Assembly (NCBI GenBank): GCA_040771865.1
Contig: JAXGZF010000007.1
Location: 1-64,000 of the forward strand
Reading direction: 5' to 3'
Source of the DNA: Desulfobacterales bacterium
GTDB lineage: Bacteria; Desulfobacterota; Desulfobacteria; Desulfobacterales; UBA2245
DNA length: 64,000 nt
Shown here: positions 26,744 to 37,219 of the stretch, one piece after another
How positions within the stretch are numbered: the first letter of the stretch is position 1
Layout of the letters: every line of letters begins with the position of its first letter
Translations under genes and position numbers: made by a program
The notes under the pieces: model-generated
What the model was told of the DNA's origin: nothing
What the model saw: only the letters and a program-made list of their open reading frames with translations
The model's database searches: none

Positions 26744-27311
26744 AATTCTGTAACCATCTATGCGCTTGCGGGTTTTCATGGCAGATCTGCAACCGTGTGA
26801 ACCCTTCGATGGAAAGAAGCTGCCGAACGTTCATACGTTCCCCCATCTTTTTGATGGGATGATACCATGTTCACTGATTCTATTCATACCGCCCTTCCTG
26901 GGGCCGATAATAGTACAGGGGAACGCCCCCGCAAGTCAATGGAAAATGAGCGCAATGATGTTGGACAGCTGCCGGCATGTCCTTGACCATCAAAACAACT
27001 TGAACGATTTCCTGTTTCCGCTATCTGAAAGTGACGCCGATTACGAAAACGATCCGGATAGAATATTTCAAAAAGGCGGCCGGAAAACCCGTGCAAATCC
27101 CCGGGGTCTTTTCTGTTACGGATGTTCAGGTGAGTTGTACAAGTCAATAACCTTTCGGACAGTCTGTCCTTTCGGGTGCCGGGACCTCACCCAGCAACCT
27201 CTCCAAAGGATTCGGCGCGAATTCGAATCCGTTGGCAAAAACCTGACTGGTAAAAAATGCGGATTTAACGGGTTGATGAAAAACCGGTTTCCATGTAAAA
27301 GAGTTTTCATT

Positions 27312-27848
27312 ATGGAAAATGTATCCGAAGCAAAATCCGGCATCGAGCAGGCGGCCGAAGACCTCTTCAATTTCGCCGTGGACCGTGAAGACGTCAAGGT
27401 CCTGATGGCCAACCTTCATAAGGCAGCAGACATCCGGCGCAACTCAGTTGAGTACGAGCTGCAGATCCTGAAAATCATCAGCGTGGGATGGGCCATATCC
27501 TTCTACCTGGACAACCGCCCGGAAAAGGATCGGCTCGCCGCTTGCTACTGGCGGGCGATTGAGGCGTTTTCGAAGAACCTGTCCGAAACATCCGGGCTGA
27601 TCGTCGGCCATCCGATTGATTATTTCCAGATTCTCAAGGAACGCCTGGCAACGTATGTGAATTCCCTTCAACAAGAACCTGAGGCGCCGGAGCCGGCGGT
27701 TGTCATCGGCCCCGAATTTGCGCTCGCCTGCGGTAATCGGGATGACGTCTTCACGGTAATGACCGGGTCCAGAATGTTCATCTCCGCCATAGGCAGCGTG
27801 AAGCAGTACCTTGAGGCCCTCGGGTTGAAACAGGCCGGCGTTCAGTAG
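27312..27848 (+). CDS. Hypothetical protein
   Basis: The 3' half of ORF 26760-27848 looks protein-like (MENVSEAK...); the 5' extension looks non-coding. Confidence 0.65.
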   Translation: MENVSEAKSGIEQAAEDLFNFAVDREDVKVLMANLHKAADIRRNSVEYELQILKIISVGWAISFYLDNRPEKDRLAACYWRAIEAFSKNLSETSGLIVGHPIDYFQILKERLATYVNSLQQEPEAPEPAVVIGPEFALACGNRDDVFTVMTGSRMFISAIGSVKQYLEALGLKQAGVQ

Positions 27849-27891
27849 CGGCAGCACCGCGGTTCGACCGCCGTACTTCAACCTGGCCGTT

Positions 27892-28449
27892 TTACTCCCA
27901 GCCTGTCCCGTTGTGACGGTACAACCGGATTCGGCCGGTTAAAATCACCGTTATCACCCGCTGCAGATTCGCGCGATCATCGTAGGGTTCAATCACGGGC
28001 TTGAAATATACGCTGCCCCATTTGTTGACCAGCCCCGTCGGTTTAAAGGAAAACCGCCTGGGATTGCCGGTGAAAGTCACCGCGCTGCTGATCGGATCAC
28101 CGTTCGGACTCGTTGCAGAGACATAACCGTATCCGATGCCGGAATATTCCTGCGGAATCGAAACGGACTTAACGCACGGATCTCCTTCATCCAGACCGTT
28201 GCCGGAGACGTCTTGATAGATGGCGTACCCGTTGTTTCCCGTATCAAAGCAGATCATGTAATCGCATCTTTCGGAGATGGCCCGCATCCTGGCCACCTGC
28301 ATGTCTGAAAACAGATTTCTGGCCGCAGCGTTGACCCGATAGGTGACCATCCAGTACCGGTACGAAGGTATTGCGAAAACTGCGATTATGCCTAAAATCC
28401 CAAGAACGACCCAAATTTCCACCATGGAAAATCCCGTCTCTTTTTTCAT
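27892..28449 (-). CDS. GspH/FimT family pseudopilin
   Basis: Class III signal MKKETG|FSMVE plus a hydrophobic helix; AARNLFSDMQVARMRAI; F.PTG motif; AGGTG RBS. Confidence 0.88.
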   Translation of the reverse strand: MKKETGFSMVEIWVVLGILGIIAVFAIPSYRYWMVTYRVNAAARNLFSDMQVARMRAISERCDYMICFDTGNNGYAIYQDVSGNGLDEGDPCVKSVSIPQEYSGIGYGYVSATSPNGDPISSAVTFTGNPRRFSFKPTGLVNKWGSVYFKPVIEPYDDRANLQRVITVILTGRIRLYRHNGTGWE

Positions 28450-28648
28450 TATTTCACCTGTTTTCAATAGCTTGAATAAACATGAAAGCCGGTTCCGTAA
28501 AATGAACGCGCAATGGGTTTTCGTGCGGACGGGGGTCCTTTTTGCAACAGGAAACGCATCGCCGTTGTCACGCAACGCAATCCGGCAACACCCATCAGTT
28601 ACGGGAAGATCTTTTGAAATTCAGTGCTGTTCTGGCAAGTAATAACGA

Positions 28649-28719
28649 GCTGTTGAAAATCGGCGTCTAAGGCCGCCGGGAGCGTTGCGCGGCTATCGCC
28701 GATTTCTTGTTTCAACAGC
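28649..28719. repeat. Dispersed repeat, copy 3 (short hairpin form)
   Basis: GCTGTTGAAA / TTTCAACAGC ends; the core TCTAAGGCCGCCGGGAGCGTTGCGCGGCT resembles 292-321 (TCTGAGGCCGCCATTCAGCGTTGCACGGCT). Confidence 0.6.
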
Positions 28720-28875
28720 CTGGCTGGCAGGGAAGGAGCTTCCTGCATCTTTTCATGATGCATCAGGCATAGCATTTTCATAAAATGATTGCCAGTTTTT
28801 TGCGAAAAGAATGCGAAAAATATTTTACAGGGAGGGGCCGAAAATTCCGGTCAGGGTCAATACAATCTCCCCGAC

Positions 28876-29688
28876 TTATCCATTCCGCAGGTATTTAACC
28901 GCGTTTTGAAAAATCCGTATGCCGGCGGTCGGTTCGGAAGCAAGGTCCCTGGGTTGCTGCCGCCTTTTCTGAAGGGTCCAGTCCGGATGGTTGGTCCAGT
29001 TGTTGTAAGCCTCCGGATGGGGCATCAGTCCGAAAACGCGCCCTGTCGAATCGCAGATGCCGGCGATATCGCGAATCGATCCGTTGGGATTGAACGGAAA
29101 TTCGCCTTGAGCCGGCGAGCCATCTTTCGAAGCATAGCGCAGCACCACCTGGTTGTTTTTTTCCAGCCGGTCCAGCACCAGATGATCCGCGTAAAATTTT
29201 CCTTCGCCATGCCGGATCGGCAGTTCAAAGGAATCCAGGCCCCGGGTAAAAATGCACGGGGTGCCGGCATAGACTTTCAGCCGGACCCAGTCGTTTCTGA
29301 AATTGCCGCAGTCATTGTTCACCAGAGCGACGGAGCGGGTTTGATAGTCATGGTCGAATCCGGGCAGCAGGCCGAGATTGACAAGGGTCTGAAATCCGTT
29401 GCAGATTCCCAGCACCAGATTCCCTTTTTCGATAAATTCCAGAATATCCCCGCCGATATTGGTTTTCAGGCGAACGGCCTGAATCACTCCGGCCCCATGA
29501 TCGTCGCCCCAGCTGAAGCCGCCGCCGAACACGAGAATTCGAAAATCAGCCAGCCGCGCCTTGCGATCGATCAGGTCGTTGATATGTACCCGGATAGCGG
29601 AAGCACCGGCCAGTTCCAGGGCATAAGCGGTTTCATGATCGCAATTCAGTCCGTATCCCGTCAGAACCAGGGCACTAATCTTGCTCAT
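28876..29688 (-). CDS. purQ: FGAM synthase glutaminase subunit PurQ
   Basis: GYGLNCD.ET, GGGFSWGD, LGICNGFQ, GLMPHPE. Confidence 0.95.
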   Translation of the reverse strand: MSKISALVLTGYGLNCDHETAYALELAGASAIRVHINDLIDRKARLADFRILVFGGGFSWGDDHGAGVIQAVRLKTNIGGDILEFIEKGNLVLGICNGFQTLVNLGLLPGFDHDYQTRSVALVNNDCGNFRNDWVRLKVYAGTPCIFTRGLDSFELPIRHGEGKFYADHLVLDRLEKNNQVVLRYASKDGSPAQGEFPFNPNGSIRDIAGICDSTGRVFGLMPHPEAYNNWTNHPDWTLQKRRQQPRDLASEPTAGIRIFQNAVKYLRNG

Positions 29689-32681
29689 ATCAGATCTCCA
29701 AAGGGGCGTTTCCAGGCTGCTTTCAGATCATCGACCGCAACCCTGAAAAGAACCTGCCGGTTCAGTCCGCAAATCTCCAGATCGGCTTTTTCGGTAACCT
29801 GACCGATGCGCGCGCAGGGAAGGCCTTCAAACAGCTTCTCAAAAGCTTCAGCGGACTCGGGAGGAATCGTCACGATAAGCCGGCCCGCAGATTCGGAAAA
29901 CAGGATCCTGTCCTCCCGGTTCACGCCCTCCACCGGAACCCGGCTCAAGTCGGCGGCAATGCCCAGGTTGCCTCCCATGGCCGTCATGGCAAGGTGTACA
30001 CCCAGCCCGCCCCGGTAAACCCCGTGAATCGAGGCAACAAGCTGTTTTTCAACGGCCAGATTCAACGCACGGTAAAGCCGCTTGAAGGGCTCGGGAAATA
30101 CCTGCGGCACACGGGCGCCCAGGTAGCCCAGATGCTCGTAGTACTCGGAAGCGCCGAGCTCATCGCGGGTGATGCCCAGAATATAGACCCGGTCGCCGAC
30201 CGCCTTGCAATCCATGGTCACGCACAGGGAAATATCCTCAATCACCCCTGTGGCCGAAAACTGAAGCGTCGGAGGCGCGGAAACCTTGTGCGTCTCTCCG
30301 TACCGGCCTTCCAGATAACCGTCCACGTACATGCTGTCTTTGCCGGAGAGCAGTGGAATGCCGTAATCCAGGCAAAGGTCTCGAAGCGCGTTGCAGGAAC
30401 GGACCAGCTGGGCGGCTTTGAATTTCCCGTCCGGATTTTCCGTGGGGTGGTACTGTATATTAGGCCAGCAGAAATTATCCACCCCTCCGATGTGCTTCAA
30501 ACTGCCGCCGACGGCGATCAGGCGGCGAACAGCCTCGTCGATGGTGCAGCTGGTCATGTGATAGGCGTCTATTGCCGAATAGGCGGGAAGCAGCGCCTGA
30601 GAAAATGCAAGGCCTTTCATGGAATCCAGAACGGGCCGTATGACCGCGGCATCGCTGTTGCAATCCCGGTCAACGCCCACAAGAGGTTTAATGACGCTGG
30701 TACCCTGCACCTCATGGTCGTACTGACGGATGATCCACTCCCTGGAGCATATATTGGGACGAGCCATCATATCGCACAGCAGCGCGGCATAATCGACGGG
30801 CGCTTTCAAGGCCGGCTCGACCAGTCCGCGCATCGCGGGCGGCAGCCAGTGGGCCTCGAACTCCCACTGGGGAAAGCCGGCTGTAACCAGGTCCAGATTC
30901 ACATAAGCGCAGGTCTTCCCCTCGTAGGTGATATGAAGCTTTCCGGAATTCGTATACCGGCCGATCACCGTGCTTTCCACGGCATGTTTTCGAGACAGTT
31001 CCATGAACCGGTCCAGATCTTTTGCATCCACGGCCACCGTCATGCGTTCCTGGGACTCGGAAATCCAGATCTCCCACTGATCCAGGCCCTCGTATTTGAG
31101 AGGAACCTTTTCAAGCGAAATCTCGCACCCGTTGCTGAAACGCGCGGACTCTCCGATGGACGACGAAAGCCCGCCGCCGCCGTTATCCGTGATGAAACGG
31201 ATCAGCCCCTCGTCCCTGGCCTCGATGAGAAAATCGTGCATCTTCTTCTGAGTGTAAGGGTCACCGATCTGAACATGACCGGCCGGCGTGTGTTCCGAAA
31301 ACACCTCCGAGGAGGCGGTCACGCCGTGAATGCCGTCCTTGCCCACCCGGCCGCCGCACATGATCACCAGCTGGCCGGGCTCGGTCCGCTTCTGCTCGGC
31401 CGGTTTTCCCTTCACAAAGGCCGGCATGATGCCCAGGGCGGTGACAAAAACCAGGCATTTCCCCATGTACCCGGAATGGAAATACACCTGCCCGAAGGGT
31501 GTAGGAATTCCGCTTTTATTGCCTCCGTCCCGGACCCCCTCGATCACGCCGTCCAGCAGGCGGCGGGGGTGCAGTCTGGGCTTGAGCGGCCCGTCGTAAT
31601 CGCGCAGTCCGGTGCAGAACCCATAGCTTCCCATGATGAGTTTCGATCCCAGACCGGTTCCCATCGGATCGCGGTACACACCGACAATGCCCGTGATGGC
31701 ACCGCCGTAGGCCTCCATGTTGGAGGGGGAATTATGGGTCTCTCCGGTGATCACGTAGTAATGCCCCTCGTCAAAACGGCCGGCACCGGCATTGTCCCAG
31801 AGAACGGAAACGACCCAGTCTTTTTTTTGCTGAAGCGCCAGGGTCGGTTCCTTGATGCAGGTCTTGAAGAGATTGTCCGCCACCTCGGTGTGGCCGGTTT
31901 CCAGATCCCTGTAATAAAACCGCCCCTGAAAGGTGTTGTGGTTGCAATGATCGCTTCTGGCCTGGGAGATGTATTCGAGTTCCACATCGGTGGGATCACC
32001 GAGCCCCACCTTTTTCCGCTCGGCCAGAACCTTCGGATCGAGAAAATAGGCCCGTATGACGGGAATGTCGTTTGGGTTCAGGGCCAGATTTCTTTCGTCG
32101 CTGATCTTCTGTAAAATTTCGTTGGTGGCAATCGGCAGAGAGGCGATCGTGGGCCGGTGATTCAGGACCACCCTGGGCAGGATAATGCCGACGCCGTTTC
32201 GAGGGTCCCAGGTGTTTCTGGAGAATATCTTCCACTGCTGAATAATGTCGTTGGCCAGAAGCGACCCCGCGATCTTCTCCATGGCCTTCAGGTCCAGCTC
32301 TTTTCCTTTCAGACAATAGCGTTTGGAAGTATAGACGGCTTCATCCGGCGCCAGACGGATGCCCAGAATGTCTTCAATGGCCTCCCGGGCCGTTGCGCCC
32401 GCGTTATCCTTGACTCCGGGCCGCAAACCGATCCAGATCACCCAGTCGGAATCCACCGGCAGTGGGTCATAGGAAGATATCTGCGTGACGGGATTGGTAA
32501 AAACCTCGCGGCGAATGACCTCCAGCTGATCGAAAGACAGGGACGCATCGATGGTCACCACGCGAATGGTCCGCACCTCCGACAATTCGATGCCGAAATA
32601 GGCTTTCGCCTTTTGCCGAACGCTCTGTCCCTCGGCATCATGCAGATCCGGTTTTATCGTAATCTCAAGTCTGTACGGCAT
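29685..32681 (-). CDS. purL: FGAM synthase PurL with N-terminal PurS-like region
   Basis: SDHCNH, ETHNSPS, GKDGIHG, QIGDP, SESQERM, QYDHEVQ, SGKDS, LFSESAGR. Confidence 0.95.
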   Translation of the reverse strand: MPYRLEITIKPDLHDAEGQSVRQKAKAYFGIELSEVRTIRVVTIDASLSFDQLEVIRREVFTNPVTQISSYDPLPVDSDWVIWIGLRPGVKDNAGATAREAIEDILGIRLAPDEAVYTSKRYCLKGKELDLKAMEKIAGSLLANDIIQQWKIFSRNTWDPRNGVGIILPRVVLNHRPTIASLPIATNEILQKISDERNLALNPNDIPVIRAYFLDPKVLAERKKVGLGDPTDVELEYISQARSDHCNHNTFQGRFYYRDLETGHTEVADNLFKTCIKEPTLALQQKKDWVVSVLWDNAGAGRFDEGHYYVITGETHNSPSNMEAYGGAITGIVGVYRDPMGTGLGSKLIMGSYGFCTGLRDYDGPLKPRLHPRRLLDGVIEGVRDGGNKSGIPTPFGQVYFHSGYMGKCLVFVTALGIMPAFVKGKPAEQKRTEPGQLVIMCGGRVGKDGIHGVTASSEVFSEHTPAGHVQIGDPYTQKKMHDFLIEARDEGLIRFITDNGGGGLSSSIGESARFSNGCEISLEKVPLKYEGLDQWEIWISESQERMTVAVDAKDLDRFMELSRKHAVESTVIGRYTNSGKLHITYEGKTCAYVNLDLVTAGFPQWEFEAHWLPPAMRGLVEPALKAPVDYAALLCDMMARPNICSREWIIRQYDHEVQGTSVIKPLVGVDRDCNSDAAVIRPVLDSMKGLAFSQALLPAYSAIDAYHMTSCTIDEAVRRLIAVGGSLKHIGGVDNFCWPNIQYHPTENPDGKFKAAQLVRSCNALRDLCLDYGIPLLSGKDSMYVDGYLEGRYGETHKVSAPPTLQFSATGVIEDISLCVTMDCKAVGDRVYILGITRDELGASEYYEHLGYLGARVPQVFPEPFKRLYRALNLAVEKQLVASIHGVYRGGLGVHLAMTAMGGNLGIAADLSRVPVEGVNREDRILFSESAGRLIVTIPPESAEAFEKLFEGLPCARIGQVTEKADLEICGLNRQVLFRVAVDDLKAAWKRPFGDLI

Positions 32682-32732
32682 GGCATCTCACAAACCCAAT
32701 CCGGCAGCGGCGCCCATAAAAAGCCCTGGCTG

Positions 32733-33803
32733 CTACCAGTTAAAAACCAGGCGGGCAATATCATTGTACATCACATAAACCATCAGCAAAATCAACAGGG
32801 CAATGCCGATCTGCTGCGCTATTTCTCTTGCCCGCATATTGACCGGACGGCCGGTGACCGCTTCGACCAGGAAGAAAAGCATATGACCGCCGTCAAGGAC
32901 GGGAACGGGTAGAAAATTCAGCACCCCCAAGTTGACGCTGAGCAGCGCGATAAAAAACATCAGATTGGCAAAGCCCTGCCTGGCATGCTCTCCGGCCATC
33001 TCGGCGATCATGATCGGCCCCCCGATGGTCTTGGAAGACAGGGTGCCCTGTACGATCTTGACGATGCTCAACAGGGTCAGTTTGGTAATCTGGTATGTCT
33101 GAACCAGGCTTTCGGATAAGGCCTGAACAGGATTCAGATCCCGGGAGAATGTGTCGCCGGAGGCCCCGATTCCGATCACATAGCGCTCAACATCTTCTCC
33201 GAAAAGATTTTTCGTTGTCTGAATTTCCGGCGTTACCGTCAGGTCCAGCGTTTTGTCGCCTCTTTGAATCCTGAGATTCAGCGGCTTTCCCTGGCTTTCG
33301 GTAATCAGTCTGGCCATCTGCTCCCAGCTTTGAATCTCGTTGTCGTCGATGACCGTAACCAGGTCGCCCTTGCTGATGCCGGACCGGTCCGCAGGACTGT
33401 CTTTCAGGACCTCGCCGATCGAGGGCTTCACCACGAAGGATCCGTAGATCAGAAAAAGAAAGAAGAACAGGACAACGGCCAGCAGGAAATTAAACAGCGG
33501 ACCGGCAGCCACAATCCCCATGCGCTTTAAAACATGCTTGTGGGTAAAAGAGAGCTGCAGGTTTTCGGGTGTAATCGGCGCGTCGGGCTCCTCACCCACC
33601 ATCTTGACGTATCCGCCCAGCGGAATCGCGGAAACCCGGTAGTCGGTAATACCGATCTTTTTCCCGAAAATTTTGGGCCCGAACCCTAAGGAAAAACGCT
33701 CCACCCCCACGCCGAAAAGTCTGGCGAAAAGAAAATGGCCCAACTCGTGGACAAAAATCAGAACACCCAACACAATGATAAATGCAAAGATACTGGTACC
33801 CAT
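32733..33803 (-). CDS. rseP: RIP metalloprotease RseP
   Basis: HELGH, PLGGYVKM, PDZ domain, NFLPVPVLDGG. Confidence 0.95.
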   Translation of the reverse strand: MGTSIFAFIIVLGVLIFVHELGHFLFARLFGVGVERFSLGFGPKIFGKKIGITDYRVSAIPLGGYVKMVGEEPDAPITPENLQLSFTHKHVLKRMGIVAAGPLFNFLLAVVLFFFLFLIYGSFVVKPSIGEVLKDSPADRSGISKGDLVTVIDDNEIQSWEQMARLITESQGKPLNLRIQRGDKTLDLTVTPEIQTTKNLFGEDVERYVIGIGASGDTFSRDLNPVQALSESLVQTYQITKLTLLSIVKIVQGTLSSKTIGGPIMIAEMAGEHARQGFANLMFFIALLSVNLGVLNFLPVPVLDGGHMLFFLVEAVTGRPVNMRAREIAQQIGIALLILLMVYVMYNDIARLVFNW

Positions 33804-33809
33804 AATTGT

Positions 33810-34991
33810 TTACCGTTTTTCACCGGACTTAGGCGGTTTTGCTTCAAGTATGATGCTTTGAGCCTGATTTCTGGCCCATGCATCCGCATGCAGGATATCG
33901 GAAAGCTCCGGCTGCGGGACCACCGAATGATCCGACAGGGTCCGGCGGATCACGGCGGCGATATCGCAGAATCCGATGCGCTCATTCAAAAACGCCTCCA
34001 CGGCCGTCTCATTGGCGGCATTTAAAACCGCCGGCAGCGTTCCGCCCATATCGCAGGCTTCAAAGGCAAGCTTCAGGCAGGGAAATTTTTCCAGATTCGG
34101 CGATTGAAAGGTCAACACCATGCCGGCAAGGTCCGGCAAGGGCATGCCCACCGGAAGACGCCGGGGATAGGACAGCGCATAGGCAATGGCGGCCGTCATA
34201 TCCGGAACGCCCATCTGGGCGATCATCGATCCGTCCCGATAAGAAACCATGGAGTGCACAATGCTCTGCGGATGAATCACCACCTTGATCCGGTTCCGGG
34301 GTATGGCAAACAGGTGTCTGGCCTCGATAACCTCCAGGCCCTTGTTCATCATGGTCGCCGAATCGATGGAAATTTTTTTACCCATCCGCCAGGTCGGATG
34401 ATTCAGGGCATCGGCTACCGTAACATCCTTAAAGGTTTCCAGAGGCCGATTCAGAAAAGGCCCTCCCGAAGCGGTCAGGTGAATTCCGCTCAGATCCTTG
34501 CGCCGATGGCCTTTGAGGCATTGAAAAATCGCGCTGTGCTCGCTGTCTATCGGAAGGATTCGAACACCTTTTTCCGCTGCACGCCGCATCACGATCTCTC
34601 CGGCCATCACCAGAGTTTCTTTGTTGGCAAGGGCGATATCCTTTCCGGCTTCAATGGCGGTCAGCGTCGGTATCAGCCCGGCAGCCCCGACCATGGCGCC
34701 GACCACCATGTCCACCGGCTCGCATACGACGGCCGCACGGTACCCTGCCTCACCGAAGAGAATTTTGACGCGGCTTTCAGGAACCAGTTTTCGAAGTTTT
34801 TCGGCGCCCTGCGCGTCATAGGTCACCGCGACCTGCGGATCATAAACCTGAATCTGGCGGGCCAGAAGCTGCAGGTTGTGTGCGGCGGCCAGAGCCGTCA
34901 CCAAGAATTGATCACGAAACCTGTCGACAATTTTCAGCGTCTTGCAGCCGATCGTGCCGGTGGAGCCCAGTATGGCCAGGTATTTTTTCAT
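33810..34991 (-). CDS. dxr: 1-deoxy-D-xylulose-5-phosphate reductoisomerase
   Basis: ILGSTGTIG, LANKE, PIDSEH, LTASGGPF, NAANE; start at ATG 34991. Confidence 0.97.
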   Translation of the reverse strand: MKKYLAILGSTGTIGCKTLKIVDRFRDQFLVTALAAAHNLQLLARQIQVYDPQVAVTYDAQGAEKLRKLVPESRVKILFGEAGYRAAVVCEPVDMVVGAMVGAAGLIPTLTAIEAGKDIALANKETLVMAGEIVMRRAAEKGVRILPIDSEHSAIFQCLKGHRRKDLSGIHLTASGGPFLNRPLETFKDVTVADALNHPTWRMGKKISIDSATMMNKGLEVIEARHLFAIPRNRIKVVIHPQSIVHSMVSYRDGSMIAQMGVPDMTAAIAYALSYPRRLPVGMPLPDLAGMVLTFQSPNLEKFPCLKLAFEACDMGGTLPAVLNAANETAVEAFLNERIGFCDIAAVIRRTLSDHSVVPQPELSDILHADAWARNQAQSIILEAKPPKSGEKR

Positions 34992-35004
34992 CAGCAGCCG
35001 GTTT

Positions 35005-35814
35005 TCATCCTGCAAGGGATTGAAGCATATAAGCCGCGGCAGCAGCAAAAAGCAGCGCATCGATCCGGTCCAGAAGTCCGCCGTGGCCCGGCAGAAGCCT
35101 TCCGGAATCCTTGACTCCAGCGGTGCGCTTGAGAACGGACTCAAAAAGGTCCCCCACTTGTCCGGCAATTCCGATGCACAGTATACCCGCGAGCGCCGCG
35201 TCCCATGCCAGATCCGGCAGAAGCAGAACCTTGAAAACGCTGCCGATGGCCAGGTTGGCGCCAAATCCGCCTGCAGCGCCCTCGACCGTCTTGTTAGGAC
35301 TGACGGACGGGCACAGTTTGCGCCGGCCCCAGCGGGTGCCCGCGTAAAATGCGCCGACATCGCCGGCAAACACCACAGCCAGCAGGAAAAATAGCCAGTA
35401 AATCCCCCGAGGATGATTGCGCATCAACACCAGAAAGGACAAAAAAAGGCCGACATAAAACACTCCGGCAAGCTGCTTCATCGCCTGAGGCACGACGGCA
35501 ACGTGAGATCGAAAAACAAGGACGGCAACAAAACCCGTACCGATGAAATTCAGGGCCAGAGCGCCGATCACCCATTGCAGAACATTGCTCCAGGCCGCCG
35601 CGATCAGCACAAGACCGCCCGCAACTCCCCAGATGCGTATCAAAAGGCTCGGCGCCGGTTCCGAAGACGGGAAGACCATGCGGTAATATTCAAAAAGGGA
35701 GAAAATATAAACGAGGGCGATCAATACGGCGAACAGCAGCGGATCTGTCTCAAGTATCAGCCATATCAGAAGGGGAAGTGCGACAAGGCTCGTTATCCAG
35801 CGTTGCATGTGCAT
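35005..35814 (-). CDS. cdsA: Phosphatidate cytidylyltransferase
   Basis: SPNKTVEG, GDLFESVLKR..GVKDSG..LPGHGGLLDRID. Confidence 0.95.
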   Translation of the reverse strand: MHMQRWITSLVALPLLIWLILETDPLLFAVLIALVYIFSLFEYYRMVFPSSEPAPSLLIRIWGVAGGLVLIAAAWSNVLQWVIGALALNFIGTGFVAVLVFRSHVAVVPQAMKQLAGVFYVGLFLSFLVLMRNHPRGIYWLFFLLAVVFAGDVGAFYAGTRWGRRKLCPSVSPNKTVEGAAGGFGANLAIGSVFKVLLLPDLAWDAALAGILCIGIAGQVGDLFESVLKRTAGVKDSGRLLPGHGGLLDRIDALLFAAAAAYMLQSLAG

Positions 35815-35888
35815 GGTAAAACCGCCATTCTGCATCATTGGATGCGAAAATTGGTGAACACCCGAAACAAAATCAGATCGAACGGCGG

Positions 35889-36632
35889 CTATACCTTTCC
35901 GAACCTGCGTTCCCGGTGTTGAAAATCCTTGAGTATGGAAACGAACTCGGCTGCGCCGAAATCCGGCCACAGCGTGTCCGTTACCACGATTTCCGAGTAG
36001 GCCATCTGCCACAACAGAAAATTGCTGATCCGCATCTCGCCGCTGGTTCGAATCATCAGGTCCGGATCAGGAATACCCCGCGTATACAGGTGATCGTGAA
36101 CGATCTCGGAAGAGATCTCCTCGGGAAGAAGCTTTCCCTCCCTGACCTCCCGGGCGATTTCCTGAACCGCCTTCACGATTTCAGACCGCCCCCCGTAGCT
36201 CAGGGCCAGATTCAGCAGCATGCCCGTGCAGTGTTCGGTGGCGCGTGCAACGTCCCTGAGCGTATCTTGAATCTCATTCGGCAGCCGCTCCACCTGACCG
36301 ATGGCATTGAGTCGAATGTTATTGGAGAGCATTTCCTGCTTTTCGCTGGCCAGAAACTTTTTCAAAAGGTTCATCAACGCCGTGACTTCGGATTTCGGAC
36401 GCTGCCAGTTTTCAGTTGAAAACGCGTAGAGCGTCAAAACCGGAATACCGATCCTGCGGCAGGTACGCACGATTTCCCGAACCACGTCCGCCCCTTTTTC
36501 ATGGCCTCGGATCCGGTTGAGAAGGCGTTTTTTCGCCCAGCGGCCGTTTCCATCCATGATAACGGCCACATGGCGGGGCAGTTTGTCGGGCTCAAGATCC
36601 CTGAAATCCGATGGCGTCGCCTTAGAATTCAA
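35889..36632 (-). CDS. uppS: Undecaprenyl diphosphate synthase
   Basis: [38 protein letters not shown]; probable TTG start overlapping frr. Confidence 0.95.
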   Translation of the reverse strand: MNSKATPSDFRDLEPDKLPRHVAVIMDGNGRWAKKRLLNRIRGHEKGADVVREIVRTCRRIGIPVLTLYAFSTENWQRPKSEVTALMNLLKKFLASEKQEMLSNNIRLNAIGQVERLPNEIQDTLRDVARATEHCTGMLLNLALSYGGRSEIVKAVQEIAREVREGKLLPEEISSEIVHDHLYTRGIPDPDLMIRTSGEMRISNFLLWQMAYSEIVVTDTLWPDFGAAEFVSILKDFQHRERRFGKV

Positions 36633-37179
36633 GAATCTCTTTCTCTTTGCGTTTATAGATGTCGTCGATCTTCCTGATGTGTTCGTCGGTGATTTTCTGA
36701 ACCTGTTCCTGGGCCTTGAAAGCCTCGTCTTCGGCCACATCGCCGTCTTTTTTGAGGCCTTTGATCAATTCGTTGCAGTCCCGCCGGACATTCCGGACAG
36801 CCACCTTGTATTCCTCGCAGGTCTTGTTCACCACCTTGACCAGTTCCTTGCGGCGCTCCTGCGTGAGCGGCGGAATGGCGATGCGGATAATCTTGCCGTC
36901 GTTGGCCGGAGTCAGCCCCAGATCGGATTTCAGGACAGCCTTTTCAATCTCCTTGATTGCCGAGGCGTCCCATGGCTGAACCGTGATCAACCGGCTTTCA
37001 GGCACCGACAGCGATGCGACCTGATTCAGGGGCGTCGGCGTTCCGTAATAATCCACCCGAATGCCGTCCAGAAGCGAAAGCGAGGCTCTTCCGGTGCGGA
37101 CCCTTTTCAGCTCGTTGTTCAGTGCATCGATGCTTTTTGCCATTTTGTCTCTGGCTTCCTGATAGATCGATTCAATCAT
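36622..37179 (-). CDS. frr: Ribosome recycling factor
   Basis: [28 protein letters not shown]. Confidence 0.97.
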   Translation of the reverse strand: MIESIYQEARDKMAKSIDALNNELKRVRTGRASLSLLDGIRVDYYGTPTPLNQVASLSVPESRLITVQPWDASAIKEIEKAVLKSDLGLTPANDGKIIRIAIPPLTQERRKELVKVVNKTCEEYKVAVRNVRRDCNELIKGLKKDGDVAEDEAFKAQEQVQKITDEHIRKIDDIYKRKEKEILEF

Positions 37180-37219
37180 GGCTTTTTCCCGTCAATTAGG
37201 AATTGTGTCAACAAACGAC

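Noticed and set aside
26760..27311. N-terminal half of the 362-aa ORF
   Set aside because: It reads as non-coding and lies in the divergent promoter region; the start was moved to 27312.
26744..27311. yybP-ykoY, glycine or M-box riboswitch upstream of the TerC-like gene
   Set aside because: Only fragments resemble these families (GGAGAG..CCGAA, GGTGAGG); the full consensus is absent, so no family was assigned.
29994..32114. 706-aa ORF on the + strand
   Set aside because: Antisense shadow of purL with no recognisable motifs; typical of GC-rich coding DNA. The same applies to 6527-7969, 3218-4345, 4576-5766, 28789-29802, 34104-35114 and 57410-58381.
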